This document shows positions 39,053-49,490 of a stretch of DNA of 64,000 nucleotides, piece after piece. Source of the stretch: an uncultured Candidatus Saccharibacteria bacterium (lineage in GTDB: Bacteria > Patescibacteriota > WWE3 > 2-01-FULL-39-13). Under the pieces are notes generated by a model. That model searched no databases. It saw only the letters and a program-made list of their open reading frames with translations, and was not told the DNA's origin. The first letter of the stretch is position 1; each line of letters starts with the position of its first letter. The position numbers and the translations under genes were made by a program. The stretch spans positions 7,735 to 71,734 of the forward strand of contig CAYJKF010000003.1 in NCBI GenBank assembly GCA_964370865.1, written 5' to 3'.

Positions 39053-39965
39053 TAAATAGTTTTTCTAATGCGGCCTTCTGCTCACGATTTACCGACTTTG
39101 GAATTAGTACTTTTATAGTAACATAATGATCTCCGCGTCCGAATCCTTTGGGATTGGGCATTCCCATACCATTTAACTTGAACATTGTATTTGGCTGAGT
39201 ACCAGCTGGAATTTTGAGAGATTTATTACTGAATGCAGTTTTTGACTTTGGATCAACCACTTTAATATCAACTTTTCCTCCAAGTATTGCAGAAGTAAAT
39301 GGAATATCTTGTACACTTTCAACATCCAATCCGTGCCTTACAAATTCTTTATGAGGTGCAACCTGGATTGTAAGTAGAAGATCTCCAGCTTCACCATCTT
39401 TAGCACGGGATGGTTCACCCTTACCAGCAAATTTAACTGTAGTTCCATCTAGTACACCAGGGGGTAGTTTTATCTTTAATTTGTGATTATCGACTGAAAT
39501 TACTTGCTCAAATCCTTTAATTGCATCTTCGAAATCAATAGACATAGAATATCTTAGATTTCTACCTTTTCTATTTGCCCCCCCAAACCCTCTGAATCCA
39601 AAAACTTCCTCAAAAATATCAAAAGGATCTTGTCCGGCACCACCAGGACCACCAAAACCTCCATCAGATGAATAGGACCATGAGAATGGCCCATAATTCC
39701 CTCCAGAACCACCAAATGGATTACCACCGCTATATCCTGGCTGTTCGTTTGGAGCAGTCCCAAATTGGTCGTAATGAGCTTTTTTTGTCTTATCTCCGAG
39801 TATTTGATACGCCTCGTTTATTTCTTTGAATTTGGTTTCGGCATCCGGTTTGTCTTTAGCAACATCCGGATGCCATTCCCTTGCTTTCTTTCTATACGCA
39901 GACTTTATTTCCGCTTCAGAAGCTGACTTTTCTACACCCAATACTGCATAATAGTCCTTTGACAT
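39030..39965 (-). CDS. dnaJ: DnaJ-family co-chaperone (J domain, G/F region, no CxxCxGxG zinc finger; class B/CbpA-like)
   Basis: YYAVLGV...HPD J-domain. Gly/Phe-rich linker. Confidence 0.9.
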   Translation of the reverse strand: MSKDYYAVLGVEKSASEAEIKSAYRKKAREWHPDVAKDKPDAETKFKEINEAYQILGDKTKKAHYDQFGTAPNEQPGYSGGNPFGGSGGNYGPFSWSYSSDGGFGGPGGAGQDPFDIFEEVFGFRGFGGANRKGRNLRYSMSIDFEDAIKGFEQVISVDNHKLKIKLPPGVLDGTTVKFAGKGEPSRAKDGEAGDLLLTIQVAPHKEFVRHGLDVESVQDIPFTSAILGGKVDIKVVDPKSKTAFSNKSLKIPAGTQPNTMFKLNGMGMPNPKGFGRGDHYVTIKVLIPKSVNREQKAALEKLFNDKSRDR

Positions 39966-39970
39966 GTAGT

Positions 39971-41902
39971 TTATTCAACTTCTCCTTCGACAGCATCGTT
40001 TTTATTGTCTTTTGGCTTATCGCCATCAGGAGAATCCTGAGTTCCAGATTGGGATTGATCACCATTTTCTGAACCTGTTGCATCTGCTGACTTATTATCT
40101 GTAGAAGCGTAGAGAATACTTCCTAGTTCCATTAATAATTTATTAACTTCTTCGGTCTTTGAAGTTATTACTGCATCATCCGATGAAGTTTTAATTAAGT
40201 CTTTTAATTCATTTAGTTGTTTTTCTAGCTCTTCCTTCTTGTCAGCTGGTAATTTATCACCATTTTCTCTAACTGACTTTTCAGCAGAATAAACTACGTT
40301 TTCTGCGGTATTCTTTGCTTCAACCGCTTTTTTACGTTTTTCATCATCAGCTTTATGAGTTTCAGCCTCTTTTACCATACGTTCCACCTCGGCATCAGAT
40401 AAACCTGTACTACCTTGAATAGTGATTTTTTGCTCTTTGTTCGTGGCTTTATCTTTAGCAGTTACGTGCAAAATTCCGTTTGCATCGATATCAAATTTAA
40501 CTTCAATTTGTGGGACACCTCTTGGTGCAGGTGGTATTCCATCTAGAATAAATGTACCTAGTGATTTATTATCGCTGGCCATTTCTCTTTCTCCTTGAAG
40601 AACATTAATCTGTACGCTAGTTTGGCTATCAGCCGCTGTACTGTAAACTTGAGATGCACTTGTTGGAATTGTTGTATTACGTTTTATAACTGCCGTACTA
40701 ACTCCTCCAAGAGTTTCGATACCAAGAGATAGGGGAGTAACATCCAATAAAACTACATCCTTAACATCTCCTGTTAAAACTCCACCTTGAATTGCAGCAC
40801 CGATAGCTACAACTTCATCAGGATTAACTCCTTGGTGGGGCTCTTTACCAAAAAATTCTTTAACTTTTGAAACAATTTTTGGTGTTCTAGTCATTCCTCC
40901 AACTAAAACAACTTCTTGGATTTGTTCTTTACTAAAACCAGAATCCTTCAAAGCTTGTTTTAGTGGTTCTAAGGTTTGATCAATAAGATCACTGACTAAC
41001 TGCTCATATTTAGACCGAGTTAACGTTACATCCATGTGTTTTGGACCACTTTGATCTGCAGTAATAAACGGAATACTAATTTGTGTTGACTCTACACTAC
41101 TAAGCTCGATTTTGGCTTTTTCAGCAGCATCTTTTAACCTTTGCATTGCTTGTTTATCACCGGTTAAATCGACACCATTATCTTTTTTGAATTCTTGAAT
41201 TAACCACTCAATAACTTTTTTATCAAAATCATCTCCGCCTAGTAAGGTATTTCCGTTTGTAGCTTTAACTTCAAAAACTCCATCACCGATTTCTAAAATT
41301 GAAATATCAAAAGTACCTCCACCTAAATCGTAAACGGCGATAATTTCATTATTCTTTTTATCCAAACCATAAGCTAACGAAGCAGCTGTTGGTTCGTTTA
41401 TAATTCTTTCAACTTCTAAACCTGCAATTTTACCAGCTTCCTTTGTAGCATTACGCTGAGCGTCATTAAAATAAGCAGGAACTGTAATTACAGCTTTAGT
41501 AATGGTTTCACCTAAAAATCTTTCTGCATCAGCTTTTAATTTTCTTAAAACATGTGCTGAAATTTCTTGAGGTGTGTATTCTTTACCATCAATTTCAACT
41601 ACAGCCATTCCGTTTGCATTAGATTTAATGTTGTACGGTACTTCTGCTTTAATTTTTTGAACCTCTTCATCAGAAAACTTTCTACCCATAATACTTTTTA
41701 CAGAATAGATTGTATTTTTAGGATTGATAACAGCTTGTCTTTTAGCAGCTGCTCCTACAGTTATTTCTGAATTAGATATTGTTACTACAGATGGAGTAGT
41801 TCTATTTCCCTCTGCGTTTTCTATGATCTTGGATTTGCCACCTTCCATTATAGACATGGCACTGTTTGTTGTTCCGAGATCTATTCCTATAATTTTGCTC
41901 AT
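39971..41902 (-). CDS. dnaK: Hsp70 chaperone DnaK
   Basis: [18 protein letters not shown] and other Hsp70 signatures. Confidence 0.97.
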   Translation of the reverse strand: MSKIIGIDLGTTNSAMSIMEGGKSKIIENAEGNRTTPSVVTISNSEITVGAAAKRQAVINPKNTIYSVKSIMGRKFSDEEVQKIKAEVPYNIKSNANGMAVVEIDGKEYTPQEISAHVLRKLKADAERFLGETITKAVITVPAYFNDAQRNATKEAGKIAGLEVERIINEPTAASLAYGLDKKNNEIIAVYDLGGGTFDISILEIGDGVFEVKATNGNTLLGGDDFDKKVIEWLIQEFKKDNGVDLTGDKQAMQRLKDAAEKAKIELSSVESTQISIPFITADQSGPKHMDVTLTRSKYEQLVSDLIDQTLEPLKQALKDSGFSKEQIQEVVLVGGMTRTPKIVSKVKEFFGKEPHQGVNPDEVVAIGAAIQGGVLTGDVKDVVLLDVTPLSLGIETLGGVSTAVIKRNTTIPTSASQVYSTAADSQTSVQINVLQGEREMASDNKSLGTFILDGIPPAPRGVPQIEVKFDIDANGILHVTAKDKATNKEQKITIQGSTGLSDAEVERMVKEAETHKADDEKRKKAVEAKNTAENVVYSAEKSVRENGDKLPADKKEELEKQLNELKDLIKTSSDDAVITSKTEEVNKLLMELGSILYASTDNKSADATGSENGDQSQSGTQDSPDGDKPKDNKNDAVEGEVE

Positions 41903-41930
41903 TTTATTTCTCCTTTTTTAAAATATTTAA

Positions 41931-42380
41931 TTATTTACTTTTATTACCTACTGCAACGATGGCTATTTGTATAACCTTCGAATTTAATATGTATCCCTTA
42001 CGATATATTTTCATTATTTTTCCGTCTTCACCATCAACGGACTCTATTGCTTCGTGCAAATTTGGATCAAATTGCGTTTTTCCTATATCAATCTTAATTT
42101 CTGTTAAGCCATATGATTCTAAAGTTTTAGTGAAATTATCTTTAACTTTATTTAATCCAGCATCATTTAAATGTTCTTCTGCTTTTTCTAAATCCAATAA
42201 AACACTTAACAGTTTCTTTATTAATTCTTCATTAGCATATTCAATAAATCTTTTACGATCTTCTTCAGTTCGTTTTTCTAGATTTTGATAGTCTGCTAAC
42301 GACCTTTTATATTTATTCTCGAGCTCATTTATTTGCTCAGTTAACTTATCTATTTGTTTTTCGTTCTCTTTATGTGACAT
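41931..42380 (-). CDS. grpE: GrpE nucleotide-exchange factor
   Basis: KRSLADYQNLEKRTEED...LLSVLLDLEKA typical of GrpE. Operon position. Confidence 0.85.
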   Translation of the reverse strand: MSHKENEKQIDKLTEQINELENKYKRSLADYQNLEKRTEEDRKRFIEYANEELIKKLLSVLLDLEKAEEHLNDAGLNKVKDNFTKTLESYGLTEIKIDIGKTQFDPNLHEAIESVDGEDGKIMKIYRKGYILNSKVIQIAIVAVGNKSK

Positions 42381-42384
42381 ATGA

Positions 42385-43110
42385 TTATAAATTTTGGCCT
42401 ACTTCTGTTAACAGAGTTTTCATATAACGAAGAATCGGTAAATTTTTTTCGTAATTAGATCTAGCTGGACCGATTACACCGACAAAACATTGGTGAGTAC
42501 CAAGAACCGTATGAATTGCAGTTATACAAACTGGATCCATATGTGCTAAACCTATTTCACGTCCAATCAAGACTGTTACGTCTCGATCTGATACATGACT
42601 AGTAATTATCGATTTTATTAATTCGTAATCATCAACGAATCTCAATACCGATTTTGTTACGTCTATTTCAAAGAACTCTGGTTTATCAAGAATTTTACTT
42701 GTTCCAGTATAAGAAATGTATCCGTCATCTGTGACTGCAAATGCTAAGCTATCTGTCAGATCGGACAGTACTTGCGCAGCATTTCTTAATAATCTTTCAA
42801 TCTCGTAGCGCTCATTCCAAATCTTCTGTCTCATCGAGACTTCCTCTACAACACTAATTGGAACCTCTACCATTAATTCAGAGATATAGTATCTATAAGC
42901 TCTTTCGTTAGGTACTCTTCCGCTTGATACGTGAAGCATATTTAAATACCCTTTACGTACAAGATCAGACATTATATTTCTTACAGTAGCTCCACTTACA
43001 GTTAACCTTCTATTTTCTACTAATTCTACTGAACCTACAGGCTGTGCGCTTTTAATATATTCCTCTATAATTGCCTTTAGTATTTGGCTTTGCCTCGGTG
43101 ATAGATTCAT
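42385..43110 (-). CDS. hrcA: Heat-inducible transcription repressor HrcA (short form)
   Basis: N-terminal winged helix LSPRQSQILKAIIEEYIKSAQPVGS. Operon position upstream of grpE-dnaK-dnaJ. Confidence 0.8.
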   Translation of the reverse strand: MNLSPRQSQILKAIIEEYIKSAQPVGSVELVENRRLTVSGATVRNIMSDLVRKGYLNMLHVSSGRVPNERAYRYYISELMVEVPISVVEEVSMRQKIWNERYEIERLLRNAAQVLSDLTDSLAFAVTDDGYISYTGTSKILDKPEFFEIDVTKSVLRFVDDYELIKSIITSHVSDRDVTVLIGREIGLAHMDPVCITAIHTVLGTHQCFVGVIGPARSNYEKNLPILRYMKTLLTEVGQNL

Positions 43111-43138
43111 CTATCACTCATAGTACTATGAGTGATAG
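43111..43138. promoter_or_regulatory. CIRCE-like HrcA operator: a perfect 28-bp palindrome CTATCACTCATAGTACTATGAGTGATAG abutting the hrcA start
   Basis: Perfect inverted repeat read in the sequence. Core ATCACTC...GAGTGAT resembles the CIRCE consensus TTAGCACTC-N9-GAGTGCTAA. It sits in the hrcA/ksgA divergent intergenic region. Confidence 0.55.
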
Positions 43139-43157
43139 CCTTTCGTCAACAGTAAAA

Positions 43158-43955
43158 ATGCAAGAATTTAAAGCAGTAAAACATTTAGGACAAAACTTCC
43201 TACAAAATCATAAGATAGCTGATTTAACAGTCGAATCTCTTGATATCCAAAAAGGGGACAGAGTACTTGAAATAGGGCCTGGACCAGGCATTTTAACTGA
43301 AAGAATTATACAGAAGAACCTTTCGAAACTAACTTTAGTCGAGCTCGACAATAAGTTCCTAAATAAACTTAAGCTTATCACTCTTGGACATTACGACATT
43401 GTAGAAATTAGAAACGAAAATATTCTTGACTACTTAAATACTGGAAAAATAGAACATAATAAAATTATCGGAGCAATTCCATACAACATTACTTCCCCCC
43501 TTTTTCACAAAATTCTAAGTTTAGACGTTTTACCTGAAACAATTGTTATGATAATTCAACTCGAGGTCGCAAATAAAATTACAAATTACGACGCGGGAAG
43601 TAACTACTGGAATTTAGTAACGATGATGTACGATAAACAACTCGTCGCCAAAGTTCCAGCAAAAGATTTCTTACCATCACCCAAAGTTGATAGCGCAGTA
43701 ATTAAACTACAAATTAATAACGCTAACTATGACATTTTTAAAAATGAAATCGGTTCGCTTTTTAGGTGGTCAAAATTCTTACATTCATTCTTTATTTCTC
43801 CACGTAAAAAATTAAATAAAAGTTTATATAAAAATGTATTAACTCAATTAGATATTGATACGAACCTACGACCACATCAGTTATCTCAATCGCAAATCCT
43901 CGAAGTATTCCGACTAGCGGTTAAAAGTGGTATTCTTAAAACCGAAAACAAATGA
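43158..43955 (+). CDS. rsmA: 16S rRNA (adenine1518/1519-N6)-dimethyltransferase RsmA/KsgA (start taken at MQEFKAVKHLGQNFL)
   Basis: GQNFLQN...VLEIGPGPGILTE SAM motif. The ORF track gives a longer form from 43071. Confidence 0.85.
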   Translation: MQEFKAVKHLGQNFLQNHKIADLTVESLDIQKGDRVLEIGPGPGILTERIIQKNLSKLTLVELDNKFLNKLKLITLGHYDIVEIRNENILDYLNTGKIEHNKIIGAIPYNITSPLFHKILSLDVLPETIVMIIQLEVANKITNYDAGSNYWNLVTMMYDKQLVAKVPAKDFLPSPKVDSAVIKLQINNANYDIFKNEIGSLFRWSKFLHSFFISPRKKLNKSLYKNVLTQLDIDTNLRPHQLSQSQILEVFRLAVKSGILKTENK

Positions 43956-44911
43956 AACACCTCGAAGAACATATCGTACAATCAGATATTTGGGAAAATT
44001 TTAAAAACGAATTTGGCAACGAAACGTTAAAAGTTGCAGATGTACTTATTATTAAACATAAAATACCTTTACTACCTTATTATGTTGGATATGCACCACG
44101 TGTAAATTTTCTTACTCAAAATTGCAGTTGGAAGGAACTAAAAAAGATTTGCAAAGATGAAAGAATAATTTTTGTAAGATTTGATATACCAAACATTACA
44201 AAAGATCAGATTACATCCGGAAGATCGGCAAAAGTTTTCGAGGACCTTGTCAAACATTGCAAGAAATCCCCAAGAAACACATTTGCTAAGTGGAATATTC
44301 TTTTAAATTTAAACCGTTCGGAATCAGAAATTATCGACTCATTTAGTCAGAAGACTAGGTATAACGTGCGACTTGCTTCAAAAAAGGGCGTTTACACAAA
44401 AGTCGAGAACACTGAAGCAGGGTTTAAGGTCTTTATTAAACTTTTAAAAGAGACATCTAAAAGACAGAAATATTTAATTCATTCAGAAAGCTACTATAAA
44501 AAATTGTTTAAAATGCTTTTAGAGCAGAAAATGGTTAATATTTTAAACGCTTATCATAATGACCAACCTTTAGCATCCTGGTTTCTAATTAACTATAGAA
44601 AAACTTTTTACTATCCATATGGGGGATCTTCTGAATTGCATAAGAATTTAATGGCTTCGAATTTAATAGCTTGGGATGCAATAGCACTTGGAAAATCCCT
44701 TGGATGTGAATTATTCGATATGTGGGGAGCTACAAATGATCAAAATAGTTCATGGTGGGGATTTACTAAATTTAAATTAGGTTACGGTGGAGAGTTAGTA
44801 GAATACATTGATTCATACGATTTCTACGTTAATAAACCGATGTCATTTTTGTTTAATACGGCTTATCAGACTTTTTGGAATATCGTAGGATTCGGTAGAC
44901 GTTTTAGATAG
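43952..44911 (+). CDS. FemAB-family aminoacyltransferase (peptidoglycan interpeptide-bridge formation)
   Basis: Tandem GNAT-like FemAB layout with a conserved C-terminal region ...ASWFLINYRKTFYYPYGGSS...LIAWDAIALGKSLGCELFDMWG. Confidence 0.65.
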   Translation: MKHLEEHIVQSDIWENFKNEFGNETLKVADVLIIKHKIPLLPYYVGYAPRVNFLTQNCSWKELKKICKDERIIFVRFDIPNITKDQITSGRSAKVFEDLVKHCKKSPRNTFAKWNILLNLNRSESEIIDSFSQKTRYNVRLASKKGVYTKVENTEAGFKVFIKLLKETSKRQKYLIHSESYYKKLFKMLLEQKMVNILNAYHNDQPLASWFLINYRKTFYYPYGGSSELHKNLMASNLIAWDAIALGKSLGCELFDMWGATNDQNSSWWGFTKFKLGYGGELVEYIDSYDFYVNKPMSFLFNTAYQTFWNIVGFGRRFR

Positions 44912-44927
44912 AAAATAACGACTAGTG

Positions 44928-47900
44928 TTAATTTAATTCGTGTTTACCAATTCCATTTGGCCAACAGTGTTTTTCATATGCACAACCTTTACAAGTAGAA
45001 AGATCAGTTGTCCGCTCAAATTTTAATTCATGAATCGCTTTCCAGGTTGATCTAATTTCTTCTTTAGCTCCATCTAAACTAATATCAGAAACATCAAAAG
45101 ATTCTCGTTTTGCATCTAGTTTTCCGTTGCCTAAAAAATCTAGTTCAACTATATTAACTTTGAGTTTTATACGTCTGCTTAATTCAACCAAAAGTTTATA
45201 GAAAAGCATTTGTCTAAATAGCTTTCCATCAGAATTTGCTGTTTTTCCTAAAATTTCATTGCGGGTTTTAGGTTTGCCTGTTTTGTAATCGACTATTTTA
45301 ACGGACTTGTCATCTATGTTTAAGTCGATAATTTTATCGATTTTCCCTTGTAATAATATATCGCCATCTAATACAGGTAAATCAAAATCGAAGCCAAAGT
45401 ATTTTTCTAAAAACAGAATATTGTGTTCAGAATTGCTGAATTCTTCCTTATATTTTTCGTAATACTTAGTTAAGGTAGCCTCTCCTTCTGATTTTATTTC
45501 TTTATAATCTTTTGCACTTACAATTTGTTTATCGAGGAATTCATTAAATTTGGTAATCATAAAATCAATTGATGCCACTTCATTATTAATTAGTTTCTTA
45601 TAAGCATTTTCTAGAGCGTAGTGAATTGAACTTCCCATAGTTAAAGCCTTATGGAGTTCTCTCGGCGTGTGAAATAGAAAGTCTAATTTAAATTTATAGG
45701 CGCAATCTAAGTATGTATTCAAAGAAGTAGCACTAAGTTTAAAATTCTTCAAGGCATTTTGTAAGAATTGGATTTCATCCGGATTATCATTTGCAGGAGA
45801 ACTTCTACTTTGCATAATTGTCTGAAGAAGTTCAATTCCTATTTGATTATACTTTTCATCATTTGCGTTATTAACAAGTACCGGATCTATTTCATATAAA
45901 TATTTTGAGGAAATCGCATCTTTCTCGCCAGTTACTCCATAAGTTTTTGCATTAGAAATATATAAATGATTTTTTGTACGTGTAATTGCAACGTATACTA
46001 AACGACGCTCATCCTCGTCATTTAGCGTTTTAGGATCTATCGGGTTCTTATCCACGTTGGATGGTATTTTTATTAGGTCTCTAATCACATTATTACCCCA
46101 TTTTTTATCAGTAAAATAGGGGATAAATACATGCTGAAATTCAAGCCCCTTAGATTTATGAGCAGTCATTAAATTAACCGAGTTCTCAGAGAGGTTTAAA
46201 TCTTCTTCTGTAATTCTAATATTGTGCTCAATCATTAGTTCTAGGTTATTTACTAACTCTCTAAGGCTTAATTTGTGATTCGTTTGATTAAGCTTTTTAA
46301 TATCAGACAGAAATGAATTAAGTTTATTTAGTAATCTAAAATTATCTTTCTGATTAAGTACCCATATTAAATATCCAGTGTCATCAAGTAATTGCCTGAT
46401 AAAATCAAAAACCTGAGCATTATGGGACTTTTCTTGCAAGGTGGCAATCATATCAAAGAAGTCTCTAAAGGCTTGAATATCGATACCAATTTCAGCAACC
46501 TCATCAGAATAGACGGCTTCAAATAAAGGTATCTTCTTTTCAGTGGCGTATCTTGAAAGTTTTAATACATCTAGTGGCTTAAGTTTAATAAATTCATAGT
46601 TCATTAGCACAAAGAGTTCGCTTTCTTCCTGTTTTATATTTATTCTAGAGATCACATTCAATATATGAATTAGCCTTGTTATAATTCCTGATGTTAAAAT
46701 ATTTTCTCCGCCAGCAATTTGATAACGTATACCAAATCTAGAAAACATCTCTGCAATTGTTTCAACATCTTGGTTATTTCTATAAATAACTGCAATCTCT
46801 GCGGGGTTGGTACCAGAAGCAATTAATTCTCTAACTTTATCCGCTATAAAAAACGACTCAGCATAATGATTTATGAATTCGAAGTTATCAATTTGAACAG
46901 ATGATTTATCCTCAGGAATTTCTGATTTTAGCGATTTAGTAATATCCAATATGCTAGAAATTCTGTTTTCGTTATGAGCAATTAGTGATGCTGCAGCATC
47001 TAACACATATTGTTGGCTTCGGTAGTTTTTATCAAGTACAACTTTTTTACAGTTTGGATATTTTTCTAAAAAGGATTTAATATTATCGATAGATGCTCCT
47101 TGAAATCTATAAATAGATTGGTCATCGTCACCTACCACGAATAAATTTGGATTCTCTTTATCAAACTCAGTTAATTTAGTTAAGAGTTCAAATTGTGACC
47201 CATTTGTATCTTGAAACTCGTCAACTAAAAAGTATAAAAACCTTTCTTGATATTTTAGTAGTAACTCAGAGTTTGTTTCAAAGGCTTTAATTACAAAATT
47301 AATCATATCCTCAAAGTCATATCGCTTACTAGCCTTTATCATTTCTTCGTATTGGATATAAACCTCAAGTAATTCCTGGTTTTTAAGAAGGTCCTCTCCC
47401 ACGATTTCCGATTCTTTAATAATTGTCTGGTACTCATCGGGTAAAATACCTTCACGCTTTAGGTATTTAATTTTATTAATGATGGTTCCAAGATAATAAT
47501 AAGAAGCATTAAATGGCTTAATCATTTTGAAATTACTTTTATCCAGGATATCTCTAAATATAAAAATTCTCTCTAAATCTGAAAGTGGTTCGATGTCGCC
47601 GTGAATAATAAAATGGCTTGGATTATTTCGAATTACATCAGTAGCAAATGAATGGAATGTATATATTCCAATATCATAGGCTGTTGGTCCGATAATTGAG
47701 CGGAGTCTATCTCTCATGGCTCTAACTCCAGATTCAGTAAAAGTTAAGGCTAAGATTTCAGAAGGATTTGTATCAGTCTTAGTTAAGATATTTGCGATTC
47801 GAGAAGTTAGGATTTGTGTTTTTCCAGTACCTGGCCCCGCTAAAACAAGAACAGGGCCTTCAAGAGCGTCAACGGCATCTTTTTGTCTGTCATTTAATTT

Positions 47901-47942
47901 TTTATATACTTCTTGAAATGTTTTATCGTACTGCGTTGTCAC
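44928..47942 (-). CDS. UvrD/PcrA-like SF1 DNA helicase fused to a C-terminal RecB/Cas4-like PD-(D/E)xK nuclease with a Cys cluster
   Basis: Walker A LAGPGTGKTQ, UvrD motifs (VDEFQDTN, etc.). C-terminal ...VDYKTGKPK...CKGCAYEKHCW. Confidence 0.8.
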   Translation of the reverse strand: MTTQYDKTFQEVYKKLNDRQKDAVDALEGPVLVLAGPGTGKTQILTSRIANILTKTDTNPSEILALTFTESGVRAMRDRLRSIIGPTAYDIGIYTFHSFATDVIRNNPSHFIIHGDIEPLSDLERIFIFRDILDKSNFKMIKPFNASYYYLGTIINKIKYLKREGILPDEYQTIIKESEIVGEDLLKNQELLEVYIQYEEMIKASKRYDFEDMINFVIKAFETNSELLLKYQERFLYFLVDEFQDTNGSQFELLTKLTEFDKENPNLFVVGDDDQSIYRFQGASIDNIKSFLEKYPNCKKVVLDKNYRSQQYVLDAAASLIAHNENRISSILDITKSLKSEIPEDKSSVQIDNFEFINHYAESFFIADKVRELIASGTNPAEIAVIYRNNQDVETIAEMFSRFGIRYQIAGGENILTSGIITRLIHILNVISRINIKQEESELFVLMNYEFIKLKPLDVLKLSRYATEKKIPLFEAVYSDEVAEIGIDIQAFRDFFDMIATLQEKSHNAQVFDFIRQLLDDTGYLIWVLNQKDNFRLLNKLNSFLSDIKKLNQTNHKLSLRELVNNLELMIEHNIRITEEDLNLSENSVNLMTAHKSKGLEFQHVFIPYFTDKKWGNNVIRDLIKIPSNVDKNPIDPKTLNDEDERRLVYVAITRTKNHLYISNAKTYGVTGEKDAISSKYLYEIDPVLVNNANDEKYNQIGIELLQTIMQSRSSPANDNPDEIQFLQNALKNFKLSATSLNTYLDCAYKFKLDFLFHTPRELHKALTMGSSIHYALENAYKKLINNEVASIDFMITKFNEFLDKQIVSAKDYKEIKSEGEATLTKYYEKYKEEFSNSEHNILFLEKYFGFDFDLPVLDGDILLQGKIDKIIDLNIDDKSVKIVDYKTGKPKTRNEILGKTANSDGKLFRQMLFYKLLVELSRRIKLKVNIVELDFLGNGKLDAKRESFDVSDISLDGAKEEIRSTWKAIHELKFERTTDLSTCKGCAYEKHCWPNGIGKHELN

Positions 47943-47968
47943 TTGGTTTGATAGTGAATCATAAAGTT

Positions 47969-48727
47969 CTAACTGTCAATCTCAATATCAATTTCAATAT
48001 TCTCATTAACGAAATTAATTATGCCCTGAGCTATACCTTTTGCTGAAACTTCTGGCTTATTAATCAAGAATTGCGCATCTGAATGATTAGTTAAAAACCC
48101 TGTTTCTACAATAACGCCTGGAGTCATTTCATGAATTGCATGATCATACTTTCTAGTGTTAAATGCATAATATCTTGTCATGTTTCTAGTAATGTTAGGA
48201 TCAAGTGGCAATTTAGTAGTTTCGCCGTATGTATCCTCAATCTGTTTCGATAGTATATCGGCTAAAGACGTTCTATCTCTAGCATAATGTGCTACTTTAT
48301 ATCCTGAAATTGAAGTATCAAGATTTCCATCGGCATGAATTGCTATGAATGCATCCGCCCAGTAATCTTTAGGAACTGTAGCAGGTAGAATATCCACAAC
48401 GTATCCTTGGTCCTCTAATATTTCTTTAGTTTCTTCGGCAATAACAAGCGCTACTTCCCACTCAGTTTTTCCAAATCCAGAAGTCCCACCGCCATTGTCA
48501 CGAATATTTGAAAGTTCATCTGGCATTTCAAGACGTTTATAGTGTCCAACCTGTAAACCAATTTTTATTGGTCCATCTGGCCTTTTCCAACCCTCGGGTA
48601 CTTGTGGCTCAAACCCCATATAGAGGACTTCACCTTTTGATCTAGTTGAGTCATATGTCCAGTATCCAAGACCTGAAATACTTAGCAGAAGGACTAGGAA
48701 CAGGACTACTTTTTGCTTTTTAAACAC
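47969..48727 (-). CDS. N-acetylmuramoyl-L-alanine amidase (Amidase_3-like), secreted/anchored
   Basis: N-terminal hydrophobic anchor. QVGHYK...GGGTSG...AFIAIHADGN resembles the Amidase_3 GHGG / HaNa motifs. Confidence 0.55.
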   Translation of the reverse strand: MFKKQKVVLFLVLLLSISGLGYWTYDSTRSKGEVLYMGFEPQVPEGWKRPDGPIKIGLQVGHYKRLEMPDELSNIRDNGGGTSGFGKTEWEVALVIAEETKEILEDQGYVVDILPATVPKDYWADAFIAIHADGNLDTSISGYKVAHYARDRTSLADILSKQIEDTYGETTKLPLDPNITRNMTRYYAFNTRKYDHAIHEMTPGVIVETGFLTNHSDAQFLINKPEVSAKGIAQGIINFVNENIEIDIEIDS

Positions 48728-48788
48728 TTTAGTAGTTAAGCATGTTGGACTTGAAGTTGGTAGGGGATAATAGTGGCGAAAAACCAGC

Positions 48789-49439
48789 TTATTTTGTATA
48801 TCTATTTTTCTCTCGCCAATTTGTGATTTCTTTGTGATTTCCGTTTAACAATACTTCAGGAACTTTCATTCCATTAAAATCCGCTGGACGTGTATATTGC
48901 GGATAATCTAATAAATTTCTATCGGTTGGATTCGAATAAGATTCCGAGTTATTAAATTCATCATTTTTGATGGCCCCAGGAATTAATCTAACTATAGAAT
49001 CTATAAGTACCATTGCTGGTACTTCACCACCACTTAAAACGTAATCTCCAATCGAAATTTCATAATCAACATATTTATCAATAACCCGCTGATCGATGCC
49101 TTCATATCTTCCACATATGAGTATAAGGTGACTTTGTTTTGATAGATTCTCGGCAGTTGATTGACTATAAGTTGAGCCACTTGGAGTCAAAAATATTACT
49201 TTTGAATTTTCCTGCTTAACGGATTCAATTGCTTTCGATAGTGGCTCTGGCATTAGTACCATTCCGACACCACCACCAAAAGGACGATCATCAACTTGCT
49301 TATATTTATCACTTGTAAATTCACGTAGGTCTAAAACATTTATTTTTACTACTTGAGATTTTTGAGCTTGATTAACAATTCCAGAAATAAGAAAATCTGT
49401 AAATAAATTTGGAAAGATGGTTATGATGTCTATTTGCAT
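48789..49439 (-). CDS. trmD: tRNA (guanine37-N1)-methyltransferase
   Basis: Full-length match to the TrmD pattern (IDIITIFP...GGGVGMVL...ICGRYEGIDQRV...SIGDYVLSGGE). Confidence 0.95.
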   Translation of the reverse strand: MQIDIITIFPNLFTDFLISGIVNQAQKSQVVKINVLDLREFTSDKYKQVDDRPFGGGVGMVLMPEPLSKAIESVKQENSKVIFLTPSGSTYSQSTAENLSKQSHLILICGRYEGIDQRVIDKYVDYEISIGDYVLSGGEVPAMVLIDSIVRLIPGAIKNDEFNNSESYSNPTDRNLLDYPQYTRPADFNGMKVPEVLLNGNHKEITNWREKNRYTK

Positions 49440-49490
49440 ATACCTTATACTCTAACTTATGTTCGACTGTACGTTAAACAAATTTAATTT

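Noticed and set aside
43071-43157. Longer N-terminal extension of ksgA starting at 43071
   Set aside because: The extension would read through the CIRCE-like palindrome and the divergent hrcA start region. The conserved KsgA sequence begins at MQEFKAVKHLGQNFL.
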